Of a stretch of 64,000 nucleotides of DNA, positions 44,978 through 61,497 are shown in pieces. Location: the NCBI RefSeq assembly GCF_009914755.1, contig NC_060928.1; one strand, 5' to 3'. Origin of the DNA: the human T2T-CHM13v2.0 reference genome, Homo sapiens. The position numbers and the translations under genes are program-made. Below the pieces are notes generated by a model, which was not told the origin of the DNA, searched no databases, and saw only the letters and a program-made list of their open reading frames with translations. Each line of letters begins with the position of its first letter. The stretch's first letter is position 1.

Positions 44978-46221
44978 AATTAAACTAAAAAGCTTCTGCA
45001 CAGCAAAAGAAGCTATTATCAGAGTGAACGGACAACCTATAGAATGAGAGAAAATGTTTGCAATCTATCCATCCAACAGAGGCCTAATATTCAGAATCTA
45101 CAAAGAACTTCAACAAATTTACAAGAAAAAAACAAACAACCTCATTAAAAAGCAGGCAAAGGACATGAACAGACACCTCTCAAAAGAAGTCATACATTTG
45201 GCCAACAAAATATGAAAACAAGTTCAACATCATTGATCATTAGACAAATTGCAAGTCAAAACCACAATGAGATACCATCTCACACAAGTGAGAATGCCTA
45301 TTATTAAAAAATCAAAAAACAACAGATGCTGGTGAGGTTGTGGAGAAAAAGTAATGCTTTTACACTGTTGGTGTGAGGGTAAATTAGTTCGGCCATTGTG
45401 GAAGACAGTGTGGTGATTCCTCAAAGACCTAGAGGCAGAAATACCATTTGACCCAGAAATCCTATTACTGGGTATATACCCAAAGAATACAAATCATTCT
45501 ATTATAAAGATATATGAATACATATGTTCAATGCAGCACTATTCACAATAGCAAAGACATGGAATCCTCCTCAATTCCCATCAACAATAGACCAGATAAA
45601 GAAAATGTGGTACATATATACCATGGAATACCATGTAACCATAAAAAAGGAATGAGATCATGTCCTTTGTGGGGACATGGATGGAGCTGGAAGCCATGAT
45701 CCTTAGCAAACTAATGCAGGAACAAAAAACCAAACACCACATGTTTTCACATAAGTGGAAGCTGAATGATGAGAACACATGGACACATGGGGGGAAATAA
45801 CACACATTGGGGTGTGGCAGAGGGGTCATGTTGCAGGAGGGAGAGCATCAGGAATAATAGCTAATGGATGCTGAGCTTAATACCTAGGTGACAGGATGAT
45901 CTGTGCAGCAAATCATCATGGCACACATTTACCTATGTAACAAACCTGCACATCCTGCACATGTACCTTTGAACTTAAAAGTGGAAGAATAAAAAAAAGA
46001 AACAACTGCTATTCTTTGACCAAGTAATTCCACTTCTGAAAATCATAAGGAAATAACCATAAATGCAGAAAATGTTTTAATGCATGAAGATACTGACAGA
46101 ATATTTACAAATAATAAAAAATTAGAAAGAATCTTCATCAACAGAAAATAGAGGAATGGCTAGCTAAACTCTACAGACATAAAAGATAATGTTTAAGAGT
46201 AAGTTAGAATAATGCAATAGA

Positions 46222-46584
<363 letters not shown>

Positions 46585-46613
46585 CTATGGGGGAAATTCC
46601 ATGGTAAGAAATA

Positions 46614-46948
46614 CAGTCATGCATTGTTTAATGACCAGAATGTGTTTGGAGAAATTCACCATTAGGCTATTTCCTCATTGTGCAAACATAATAGAGTGTA
46701 CTTACACAAAACTAGATGATATAGCCTACCACACACCTAGGCTATATGGTATAGCCTACTGCTCCTAAGCTACAACCTGTATGGCATGTGAACTGCACTG
46801 TATACTGTAGACATTGTAACACAATGATAACTATTTATATATCTAAACAAGAAAAATGTACAGTAAAAATATGGTATGATAACCCTGTAGGATCACCATT
46901 GTATATGTGGTCCATCATTGACTGAAATGTTACATGGCACCTAACTGT
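46614..46948. mobile_element. Tigger3/MER7-like DNA transposon
   Basis: TA-CAGTCATGC...AACTG-TA termini; TACACAAAACTAGATGATATAGCCTAC. Confidence 0.7.
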
Positions 46949-47805
46949 ATGTCAAAATGCTAACCATGTTATGGTATGTAGCAGGACAACACGTAATTTC
47001 CCCCCTTTTTCTATTTTCTAAATTTTAAATGTGATTTTATTACCTTTATAATTTTAAAAGGTATAATAAACATCAAAGCAAATAACATAAAAACTTTTTG
47101 AAAGCCTACATGACTAAAACGGATGTCTCTGATGAGGTTTTTGCTTAGGACTTTCATTTTGAGAGTATAACAACAAAGATTTATAATGCTTTATGAGATG
47201 CTGGAGGGCAACTGCCAATTCAGAAAATGCTTTAGTCCAAATCAATGGAAAAATTAACTGTTTCTAAGACTCAAGACAGTTTGGCACTCTTATCTAAAAC
47301 TTTCCATTTCTCTATTATACTATGCCTGGAGAATGTAGAGCAGAAGTCCATCCTCAAACTTCAGTGAGCAGAATAATTACCAGAGCCCTGGATTAAATGA
47401 GATTCCTCAGTCCTGGCCCCAGAAAATCAGATTCACTAAATCTGGGCTGGAATTCAAGCATCTGCCATTTTTCTCTAACAAGTAAAGCAATGATACAGAT
47501 GAGCCACAGACCACATGTGAGAAAACATGGTTTCCATAATCTTCCAAGGTCTTAACCTGTCTCTAATTCAGAAGTGGCCATTGTAATGAGCTCTGCTATG
47601 GAAGATAAATTCTGCAAAATGCATCAATTTACATACAGAACAGCTACCTGAAGTTGGAAGTTCACATTAGTTTGATTGCCCTTAGGGAAAAATAGAAATT
47701 GAAAAAAAAATAGAAAGAAAGAGACAGGAAATGCCTATGCTTTAAATTCTAATGAATGTTTGTGTCTGGCACCTTGAGACAATAATACAAAAAACGAGCA
47801 GTCGA

Positions 47806-48139
47806 GGCAGGGTGCAATGCTTCACACCTGTAATCTCAGCACTTTGGGAGGCTGAGGTGGGTGGATCACTTGAGGTCAGGAGTTCAAGACCAGCCTGGTC
47901 AACATGAAACCCCATCTCTACAAAAATACAAAAAAAAAAAAAAAATTAGCCGGGCATGGTGACGTGAGCCTGTGGTCCCAGCTACTCAGGAGGCTGAGGC
48001 ATGAATCACTTGAACCCAGGAGGCAGAGGCTGCAGTGAGCCAAGATCATGCCACCGCACTCCAGCCTGGGCGACAGAGAGAGACTCTGTCTCAAAAAAAA
48101 AAAAAAAAAAGAATCAAAAACAAAACAAACAAACAAAAC
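47806..48139 (+). mobile_element. Alu (AluS)
   Basis: Full Alu, TSD about AGCAGT. Confidence 0.9.
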
Positions 48140-49186
48140 CAAGCAGTTGCACTTACCATTTCTAAACTGACTACTTTGATAGGTCTGTCAATATAAAACA
48201 CAAGCTACAGAACTATTCTAAACTTTCTTTCCTAATCCCAAGAACCTTTGCTATTCAGTCACTGTTTGGATATGGATGTTGGATAAGCAATGATACCACC
48301 ATCTCATCAGCACATCAACATAATTTTAACATCTTAAAATTTGGAGAGTCTTGCTATCTGGCAGGGATTTCTCTCCCAAAGATGCCCCAGAGGTGAGAAA
48401 ATAGGATACCCACACGTTCCATATGTTCACAATCCTAGGATTTGCCAAATAAATATCTAAATGCTTGTGGAATCTCTGCTGGAAAGCAAAGGAAATCTAT
48501 GTTGGAAGCTTTCACCTAATTCTAAAGAGAATTTTATTCCATTTGTAGCAAGTCCTGAGTTCTACCTCTCCATCAGACATTTAACTAAGGCACAAAAATT
48601 CCTCAAGAATCCAAGTCACTCATAAAGAAATGCTTGTACAAAAATAAGTAAATAAAATAAAACAAATTGCTTCGGTAAACCTGTCTTTAACTGCTGTGTT
48701 GCTGCCGCTATTGTTACACTGTATAATTTAACTCCTTCTTTTTGTGTGTGTGAGTTTTTTTTTGTTTTTTTGCAACTGGCTAAGGGTTTGGTGCCAAGGT
48801 AAGTATCCCCCTTTTCCCTGGCCTAGAGGCACCTCTACAAACTTGGTGGGGAAAGGGAGAATCGAGGGAAGGAGGCCATGGGCAACAGACTATAGGGAAG
48901 GGGGAGCCTTTGGAATACCACCAGCAGAGGAGACAGGGGTCAAGATTCCCTTTTAAAACTGCAGTGGCTGCCAGAATATATGTCTTAGATGGCACTTATA
49001 CCTTTATTTACCGCGCTGGGAAACACCCCCTGCCCATGGCTATCTTCAATCAGCTCTGAAACTTTCCCTGTTGCCAGGATCCAGCTTCTGCCTAGTAACA
49101 GGCCATTTGAGGTTCCCATTGGCTGGGACTAACCCTATTTAATATTAAAGAGAATATCTCCTTATTACGTTGAATAATTAACTATA

Positions 49187-49402
49187 CCAGCCTGGGCAAC
49201 ATAGAGAGATCCTGTCTCTATAAAATAAAAAATAAAAATAGCTGGGTGTGGTGGTGTACACCTGTGGTCCCAGCTACTCCGGAGTCTGAGGTAGGAGGAT
49301 GGCTCCAGCCTGTGAGTTCAAGGCTGCAGTGAACCATGATCGTGCTACTGCACTCCAGCTTGGGCAACAGAGGGAGACCCTGTCTCAAAAAAAAAAAAAG
49401 AA
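49187..49402 (+). mobile_element. 5'-truncated AluJ
   Basis: TSD AATTAACTAT. Confidence 0.85.
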
Positions 49403-49459
49403 ATTAACTATTAGAAGCCATTTAGATTAGATGTGGTTCAAGGAAGGGATAGTTACATT

Positions 49460-50665
49460 TAAAAATTTTTTTGTTTGAAATAATTTCAAACAGAAAAGTT
49501 GGAAGAGCTGTGCAAAGAACCCCTGTTTACTCTTTGCTGCTATTCTTCAAGTGTTAACATTTTACTACTTTTGCTCTGTATTCCTCCTCCTATTTCTTTT
49601 TTTATTAATAGGCTTTAAGAACAGCTGTAGATTTACAGAAAAATTGAGCAGCTAGTACATAAGGTTCAAATACACCCCCCAGTTTCCTCTATTAGTAACA
49701 TCTTACATGAGTATAGTACATTTGTTACATCTGATGAACCATTATTGATACACTGTTATTAACTAAAGTCCATAGCTTGTTCAGATGTCCTTAGTTTTTA
49801 CTTAATGTCCTTTTTCTCTTTCCCCATCCCATCCAAGATACCACACTTATCATGTCTCTTTGAGTTCCTTTTAGCTATGACAGTTTCTCAGACTTTCCTT
49901 GCTTTTGATGACCTTGGCAGGCTTTTAAAACTTTATTTTTATTTTTATATATTTCTTAGAGATGGAGTTTTACTATGTCACCCAGGCTGGAGTACAGTGG
50001 ATTTTCACAGGCATGATCATAGTTCATTGCATCCTTGAACTCCCGGGCTCACACAATGCTCCTACCTCAGCTTCCCAAGTAGGCGGGACAACAGGTGCAA
50101 GCTACCACACCTGGCTATTGACGGTTTTTAGGAGTACTGGTCAGGTATGTAGTAGAATGCCCCTGTATTGGAATTTGATGTTTTTCTCATTATTAGACTG
50201 GATCACAGCAGTAAAGTACCATTTTCATCATTATCATATCAAGGGTACATACTATCAAGATGACTTTTCACTCCTATGGAAAAAAATTAATAAATAAATA
50301 AAAGATGACTTTTCACTGCTGATATGGACCTTCATCATTTGGCTGAGGTAGCGTCTGTCAAGTTTCTCTACTGTAAAGTTACTCTTTACCTCCTTTTCCA
50401 TACTGTACTCTTTGAATGGAAGTTACTGCGTACAGCCCACACTTAAGGAGCAAAGAAGTATGCTCCACCTTAAGGGTGGAGCATCTACATAATTAATTTG
50501 AATTATTCTGCAGAAAAGATTGGTCTCTTCTCTTCATTTATTAGTTTATTTAATTAGTTATTTATAGTGACATGGGCTCCTGGATATTTATTTTATGCTT
50601 TGAGTTATAATCCAATGTTATTTTATTTTGTTGCTAAGATTCTTCCAGTTTTGCCCATTGATTTA
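49460..50665 (-). mobile_element. Old L1M(B/C) 3' fragments with an Alu fragment (49930-50115)
   Basis: AGATTTACAGAAAAATTGAGCAG; TTATTAACTAAAGTCCATAG motifs. Confidence 0.65.
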
Positions 50666-50699
50666 ACATAATTTTTAATCCATTAAAAAATTAATATTA

Positions 50700-51160
<461 letters not shown>

Positions 51161-52021
51161 TGAAAACTATTAATAGAAACATTTCTCCTTCTGTACACAA
51201 GTTTAAAAAATCGATCTGTGATTGTGTGAAATTTATTTTATATCAAATTTTTAAAACTAGGTAGCAGATTCCCATCGTCCAAAGTTGAAAAGAAGCAGAG
51301 GGGTGTATGGTGAAAAGCAGCCTCCCCATCCTGATCACATTCAACTTGTTACTTTCCCTGGGAAATAACAGTGTTAGCAGTTTACTGTGTTTCGTTTTTA
51401 GAGATTTTTTTCATATACAAAAAAATACATATACTTTCCCTTTTTTCTTCCCCTCACTTTTATATGAATAGTATACATATCATGACAAACCTGGCTTGTT
51501 TGTCCATATCTTGAGAGATTGATCCATATCAATATTTGAAACTTCCTCATTCTTCTTTATGGCCAGAAGGTATTTTATTGTATTGGTCTCTTACTGATTC
51601 TCAGTAACATATATGTCTTTTCCAATTTTTTTTAGTATTATAAGCAATGCTAGAATGAAAAGGCTTCTACTTAGCAATTTTGTACCCATGCATATCTCTG
51701 TAGGATAAATTCTCAGAAGAGGAATTTCTTGGTGAAAGGGTTTTATGATAACCTGACTTGCAAGTAAATCAAGTATACATAATGATAAGTTTGAGGTGCT
51801 TGAAATTAGGCTTTCTCTACTTAGGCCAGGAGGGACTGCTAAGAACCCTGCAAGGACGATGCAGGTGGGAACTCCAGGCATAGCATTTTGGAACATCACA
51901 TAACCCCAGCAAGGAGTCGGGTAGATAGGGCAGGGTAGTAGAGTTCAGTGAATGGTCCCTAACATTTCTAACACTAGAAAATGATGAATTAATGGGTATC
52001 TGTTATGTTCCCTGCTGGCTT

Positions 52022-53196
<1,175 letters not shown>

Positions 53197-53413
53197 CCTA
53201 CTGGCTTATTTCAGTATCACCAGATGCATATTTAGCCTAGTCAATAAAGAATTTGTAAGATATTATTACCAAGTAAAATGTTTTTCAGGATCCTTATAAA
53301 GTGAATAATTGGTATGGATATAACTAGCATCCAATAAGCAATGCTTTCTAATCTTTAAATAGTAAGGCCAAAAAAATTTTTAAATACTCATCAATATTTA
53401 GCAATAACATCAG

Positions 53414-53966
53414 TGTGATGGTTAATGCTGAGTGTCAACTTGATTGGACTGAAGGATGCAAAGTATCGTTCCTAGGTCTGTGAGAGTGTCTGTGAGGGTG
53501 TTGCCAAAGGAGATTAACATTTGAATCAGTGGACTGGGAGAGGCAGACCCATCCTCAATCTGGGTGGGCACCATCTAATTAGCTGCCATTGTGCCTAGAA
53601 TAAAGCAGGCAGAAGAAAGTGGAATGAGCAGACTCGCTGAATCTTCCAGCCTTTGTCTTTCTCCCATGCTGGATGCTTCCTGCCCTCAAACATCAGATTC
53701 CAAGTTCTTCAGCTTTGGGAGTCTTGGACTTACTCCAGTGATTTGGCAGGGGCTCTCGGGCCTTTGGCCACAGACTGAAGGCTGCACTGTTGGCTTCCCT
53801 ACTTTTGAAGTTTTGGGACTTGGACTGGCTTCCTTGCTCCTCAGCTTGCAGACAGCCTGTTTTGGGACTTCACCTTGTGATTGTGTGAGTCAGTACTCCT
53901 TAATAAACTCCCCTTCATATATACATCTATCCTATTAGTTCTCTCCCTTTAGGGAACCCTAATACA
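53414..53966 (+). mobile_element. MLT2A1-like ERVL solo LTR
   Basis: TGTGATGGTTAATGCTGAGTGTCAACTTGATTGG...CCCTAATACA. Confidence 0.85.
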
Positions 53967-54624
53967 CTCAGTATATTACTTTGAATTACATGACATGAGG
54001 CAGTCTTGTCTCTTGTAACTGGTTTCTATTTGTAAACTAAAGCCAACAGAGACTGTTTTTATATATAGGAGTCCATTAAGAAAGCATCATTGGAGATGTG
54101 CTTTTGGATAAGTCTGAGTGATTAAAGTGGATTTATTGCTATGCCCTTGACATTTTACTCCCAAAGATTCTACCATTCTACCTGGTTTCTGTACCAGTAT
54201 TTCTGAAGTTTTATCCTTGGCACCTCCATTCTATTCCTGATCTCCTTTTCTTCCTGAACTCCTACTTTGCCCATGCTGCCTGTATCCTACTCCCTTAGTC
54301 ACCTACCTCCAAGTATCCAATCACAACCCGTCGTCTTGTTTTTCACTCTGCCAAATGAAAGGAAATCTTCTTTTCAGGCAGACAAAGGATTACTTGAAGG
54401 GATATGCCAAACAATTTATCATATGTTCCTTTCTTTTTAATAATATGACTCCATACATCATTAATGATAGACCAAGAAGACAAACCCAAATGAGACTGTC
54501 AGGAAAGTGGCTCTTCTACAAGTGCTCCCACACTTCATTAGTTAGTAACAAAACATCAGCCAGACCAGAAACAAAGGTCAAGAGAAGCTGATTTTTCCAC
54601 TGTTGTTTATATGAATTAGTACAT

Positions 54625-55415
<791 letters not shown>

Positions 55416-57991
55416 CAATTACAATATTACTTTTATGGTGTGTGGCAGTAAGGACTTTAAAAAAATGTAACAAGACAGTTTCACTAGCAACAAATAGATA
55501 TGCAACTCAATGTAAAAGCTGCTCTGCATACCCATTAAAATGAGCAAATAACATAAAACCCACTCTTAGTATGGCTTTCAGGAGACATGCCTGCTGGTGG
55601 CACTTTAACATGATTCAATTTTCCGAAGTACAAGTTGGTAAATGTAACAAAAGCTATAAAACTGCAGCTGGGAAAATAGCCAAGAAATAAAAGAACCTCG
55701 TAATTATTTTTACAAGATATCTATATCTTCTTGCTGCTATTGTAATTTGAGAAAAAAAGATATATCAGTACTACAGTATTTGTAATAGTGAGAAATGACT
55801 CAACGTCAAAGATTAAAGAAATAGCTAAACAAACTACAATATATTAATCATGGTAGACCTTCTGGCTATAAAAAATGTAAAAAAGGAAAATTATTTTAAT
55901 ATATGGGATATGCTGTTAAATAAAATAGAAGCTAAAATAAAATATGCATGCTGATTAGACTTATGCAATCAAAAGTTAAAAGGGAATATATGGGATTGGA
56001 AATGGTTAAAATCTATTGCTTGTTAGGTTATATCTTCTGAGAATATGTTTGAATTGCTAAAAAAAAAATTATTGAAAAGTAAAACTAGCACCAATCTTCA
56101 TCTTCAGACAATACTTTAACTAAAAGATCTGTATGACCAGGAAAAAAATGTATATTTTAGATTTCTATGTTTCCTTCCCTAGCCTTATGTTAAATAAAGT
56201 AGTTCTAATATAGTCTCTCCTTAGCATTAAGAAGAGTAAAAGTACTGGTAGATCTAGCCCCTTTTATGGTGCAATCAAGCATAGTAAACATTCCTAAATC
56301 ATAACTGGCCCACACCTGTCTCAGTGTCTCCTTTGCCCCATAAACAAACAGAAAAGCTACAGGTGAGAGATGGTTGGTCACAGCTGCGAGTTCCCTCTTG
56401 TCTTCCTGCTATGGGTGGGAACAGGGAACCAGTTTCCTGGAGGAGGAGCCACCTGCCTGAAAAGTCATGCACCCAGAACACTGGGCAAAGAAACTGGTTA
56501 AAAACAAAAGAAAATTTATGGCTTCAAGTCAAATGAATGCTAATAATAATTTTTAAAATAATTTAAAACTTAACTCATTTAGGACCTTGCCCATAGACTG
56601 CAGAGAAGGGAAATGGCATTGAAGCAAAAGCGTGGTCTACAAATAATTTCTCAGCTGCTCCACTTTTAGTCATCTAAAGACCTAAACTTTATCCGCAACT
56701 CGGTATAGAATTCCAGTTCAAAAGGAAAAAAATAGTGACATATCAAACAATAAAATAGATTGGCAATTATGTACAATATGGTTTTGGTTTTGTTATAAGT
56801 TTTGAAAGTGTATATATACAATAAAATATCAGTGATCGCTCAAGGTAGCGAAATTAGTGACAGATTTTTTCTTCTTTTTCTTTATCTGTGTAACTGATTT
56901 TTCTTTGCAATGAACATGTATTATTTGTATAAATATAAAATTCTTCAAGATGCAAAAATAGATGTAAAATTTATAAAAACACAACCTTTATCAACTGACT
57001 TTTGTGCATCTAAAATGCAATAAGCACAAAGCACTTAAGAATCTTTCATTGTTTTTTGAGACACATAAATTGTGTTTAGTGCTGAATATATTTCATTGTA
57101 GTTTTTAAATTTTCTTACAACTGTTCATCATGTAAAACATATGTGAGAAATTCCTTTCAACTCGAATAATTTGTCATCAAAATAATCCATTTCCTAAACC
57201 TACCAGATAATGGCAGTATTTATGTGGTATCTTCTCACAACACAAAATACTTATTTACTTCTCCCCATATTAACTTTCTATTTCCTTTTAGGAACACCAA
57301 CAGTCCATAACTTCCATCATAAGCCAGTATCTAAATGCTGTGGCTTTCAATTTATAAGGAATAAGGATTATCTTTTACTCAATTCAAGTGAATAAAGACA
57401 TAAGGAGTTTTGAACCTGAGGAAGTACCTCACAAAAGCCTCCAAAACTGAATTTGAGTCAGAAATGTACGACAATAACAGGGAAAACATTAATGAGGGCA
57501 GCCTGAAGAGCCCTGCCTGTGTCCAGAATGCTGAGATCACCAGGTGATACTACTCCACCTGCTCTGCCATTCTGCTTCTCCAGGTGGCCTTGAGGAAGCT
57601 TTTAGCAGGAAAACACCTAGATCCAAGAGACCACAAGAAGGTGTGACACATACAAGGATATAAGGTTATGGTCAGGCGACACCTAATACAACTTCTGCAT
57701 GCAGATGTTTTTGTCTTTGCCCCATGTCCAGGGGATTAATCCTTTTCCCTTCTCAAAGAATCACAGGCTGTTCACAGGATTAGGAATTTTAGTGGTCTCA
57801 GAGTTAGCGGCCACATGCAGATGCTTTCCTTTACTAAAAATCTGAGAGACATCTTAAATAAACACATCTTATGGTATAAGAATATAGCTACAATTCAATT
57901 CTTTATTATCTGTGCTACAGTATATGTGTGTGTTTGGAGGCAGGGGCGCATGGGTGGGTAGAATGGAGTGATATAAAATATCAATCACACT

Positions 57992-58371
57992 TGATATGGT
58001 TTGGCTCTGTGTCCCCACACAAATTTCATCTCGAATTGTAATCGCCATGTGTCAGAGGACGGGGCTTGATGGGAGGTGAATGAATCATGAGGGTGGATTT
58101 TCCGGTTGCTGTTTTCATGATAGCGAGTTCTCACCAGATCTGATGGTTTAAAAGTGTGTGGCATTTCCTCTCTCTCCCTCTCTCCTGCTCTGCCATGGTT
58201 AAGACGTGCTTGCTTCCCCTTCGCCTTCCACAATGATTTTAAGTTTCCTGAGGCCTCCCAGCCATGCTTCCTATACAGCCTGCAGAACTGTGAATCAGTT
58301 AAATCTCTTTTATTCATAAATTACCCAGTCTCAAGTAGTTCTTTATAGCAGTGTGAGAACGGACTAATACA
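57992..58371 (+). mobile_element. MSTA/THE1-like MaLR solo LTR
   Basis: TGATATGGTTTGGCTCTGTGTCCCC...GACTAATACA, 5-bp TSD ACACT. Confidence 0.9.
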
Positions 58372-59799
58372 ACACTGATGATTAAAACCTCAAATAATTC
58401 AAAGATTCTAACAAGTAGCAAGTAAACTTGAGTTTCAACCCCTTTGTCAGTTCCTGATTGAATTTTACAATTAGCTAATAAGAACAAAGATCAGAAGAGA
58501 AAATGCTTGTGTAAGATCATCCATATTAGATACACTGCTCCTGAAAGAAATGTGTAAACCTAAAATTTGAAAAGTAGTTCTAGGACTCAGCTTTCCCAAG
58601 AATTTATGACAGGTATCAGGAATCTTGCCCAATAAATCCAGGGCAATATTTTGTGATCTTTCCAGAATGCACGGAAAGAGGCTCCACAGGTAGGTTAATT
58701 ACATATTTCTATGAAACATTACTTAGTTAACATGCCCCCTAGGAGTCCAGAGTTAAAGTCATTATTGTGAGAATATATGGCTTACAGATAAAGCAAAATC
58801 AGCCTTCTGTTCTCCCCCACCCCCCATTTGCAGCTACTCATTAGTAATATTGTGTATTTTAGCGCTGTCTGTCCTGAAGATCTGAGGCTGATTTGATACT
58901 ATTGGTATGTGTTTTTCTTTCCTCCTCTCTCCTTTCCCCAGAAAAATCAAGGTTCACAGAGGTTTTATATTTGCCATATAACCTATTAGGGTCAAACCAG
59001 GTGGAAAACTAAGAACATCCACTCAACAACATGCAAACACTGTAAAGGCATGGCTATTCCTGTGGCCCTTTCCAGGAAGAAAAATCCATGTGACTCTCCC
59101 TGGACCATTAGTGCAGGCAAAGCTGTCAGCGCAGAATACTCATTTTGCTCACTTTTAAAAGTCAGTTTTAATCAGAAACTCTGAATACTGTACTCTGATC
59201 TGAACACCCTTATGCGATTCACTAAGTCTTGAGAAGTTCTCAGTCCTCAAATAACTAAGAAAATTGGACTATTTCTGGCCCATTAGCAGGATCATAGATT
59301 GAAATCCTTGTCTTACCCCTACCATGACTGGCCCATTCTCTTAGGCAGTGAGACCCACTGTGGGATGGTGGCATGTCACTTGGCTCACAATATTTATGTC
59401 TCTGAAGTGTTTCCCTAGCTGACATCAAAGATAAGAATTCACTAGAAGCTAATTGTATTTTGGGACATAAATAGAAAAAAACCTTCAAATCCTGTAAGAT
59501 TAATAATTATAGTTTTCGAAAAAGTGATGGTACAGAAATAGCTGTTAGTAGGTGCTAGATTTGGGAGTGTTCACTGTTGTAAAAGAAGAGGAAACAAGGA
59601 AAGGAAAAAAGGAAGGAAAGAAAGAAAAGAGAGTACTTGGAAGAACTAGACACTTTCAAAACAGTCCTGGCTTTGGCCCCAATAGGCATTTGAAAAATAT
59701 TTCTCCTTACTTGTCTTGGTATTTTCTTTTTAAATTGAGAACTAATTTACATACAGTAAGGCCTTTACAAAACGCACAAGTCTTAAAACTAGAAAAGAG

Positions 59800-60030
59800 A
59801 GGGCATCATCAGGCTGCACAGACCAGATGCTGATGTGCTGAGCAGGGAATGGCAGTAGTGGCCACAGCAACCAGGGCAGCATGAGCAGCACTGGGCTCTT
59901 GCAGCCTACCCCAAGTGAGGTGCATTCCTGCCAGTCTCCAGTGGCCTTCACCATGTGCTGGCACCTGCTGTACACCAGTCCACCCATCCAAGCTGTCGCC
60001 AAGGAGCTGTTCCTGGGCAAAACCGAGAAG
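59800..60030 (+). pseudogene. ACAD9 5'UTR and first-50-codon-like fragment
   Basis: ORF from 59881 (MSSTGLL...[22 protein letters not shown]) aligns ungapped to the remembered ACAD9 N-terminus (MSGCGLF...[22 protein letters not shown]), 24/50 identical; GGGCAGCATGAGC start context. Confidence 0.75.
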
Positions 60031-60359
60031 GAAGCACAACAAAGGTTCTTGCCCACAGCTCTCCCACTCCCTCTGCCTACTGACCCCCACCGGTGCTTCT
60101 CTGTGTGGTCCTGCATGTTGTGTGCCTGTCCTCTGGGGAACTGTGGGCAACAAATTATCTTTTCAGTTGTACAATACTTGTTTCCTGACCTGTTGGCCTT
60201 ACTATACCTCAAATTTTGTGTCAACCCACAATATTTAGACCAGCACGAATGACAAGACACTTTGTACCCTTAAGAGTGAACAAATGAAGAACATACGAAC
60301 TGTGCACCTTTTCCCAATGTTTTTAACAAGTTTTGTATGTTAAAGCATAAGAGTTTCTT

Positions 60360-61365
60360 TCAGGTGATGGGGAAGGCTAGTAGCTGTTGGGTGGGATCCA
60401 CTGAAGGCAAAGACTTTGCTGTGATGATGGAGCCCTGCATCAGGTTTCCTGTAGCCCAGGATTCAGTACCAGGCCATGGTATCATCAAATTTTTGTTCTA
60501 ACAAGGACTGGATGTGGTCTGCCTCATATCCCACGGACACCATGAGCTCTGTGTTTCAGGAGTCCTGGTAATCAGAGAGCAGCTCCCGGTATGGCCTTCG
60601 TGTCTCCTCCTGACCAGTGTTGATCCATAGGTGTTCCATGACGTGGACTAGTATAGGCCTCTCCCTGCAGTCAGAAATAGGTTTATGAAGCTCTCTGGAA
60701 ATGAAAAGCAAAGAGTGGGATCTTGTACAATTGTTCACACAGTATCAGCTTCCTCAGCGCCACAAAATCTGCCCAATAAATGGCAGGACCTGGTTACTGT
60801 GGTGTAAAGAATGACTTTCCAGCTCCACATGTCCACTGGGGCCCATCATATGTTTGGCCATGGAAGAGTTCAGGACCGCATAAGAGGGACTCCCACCGAA
60901 GGTGCCCAGCTTCTGGCCTACAGTGAACCTGGTATCAAATCCAAAGTCTGTTATTTTTATGTTGTGATGGACCACAAGGAAATTCTTGGGCTTCAGGTCC
61001 CTATGGATATCCCCCTTCTGTTGGTGGTACTAGAGGGCTGATACTATCTGCTGGAATTTGCTTCAGGCCTCTTCCGCCTTCATGTAGCCCAACTCTAGGA
61101 TGTAGTCGACCAGCTCTGCTCTGCTGGCCGTACTCCATGGCTAAGAACAAAGTGTCTGTGGTGTTGAAAGAGTTTGATGACCTTGGGGTGACCCCATGGA
61201 ATAGACTCTAGAGGGAGTCTAGAGTCTCACTGCTGCCCAGTGAGAAGGTACTTGGTGAACTTCATTCACCCTGGTGAAGCTGTCCTGGCTGATGATCTCG
61301 AGGAGCCTATAATGATCAGTAAGGGTCTCCTCATCAGCAGAGATGGTCGTAAGGCCCTGCCACAT
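60360..61365 (-). pseudogene. Intronless MARK2-like Ser/Thr kinase pseudogene (MARK2P-type)
   Basis: ACC-ATG at 61365; MEY, KFQQIVSAL*YH, IHRDLKPKN, IKITDFGF, GSPSYA, UBA-like TELMVSVGY...ILGYR; stops, frameshifts and deletions; no introns. Confidence 0.9.
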
Positions 61366-61497
61366 GGTAACCTTCTAGCTACAAATCCTAACTAGGAATG
61401 CTAACCAAGAATGCTACCTATAAAAACGTTGCTAACTGTGAAAACGAAAGAGCACAGCTGGAGTTGCTCTGCACACTTTCGTGTGTGACCTATGGAT

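Noticed and set aside
47540-48745. Weakly similar minus-strand peptides ITMATSELETG and IAAATQQLKTG
   Set aside because: Short, no recognisable family and weak splice context; likely chance.
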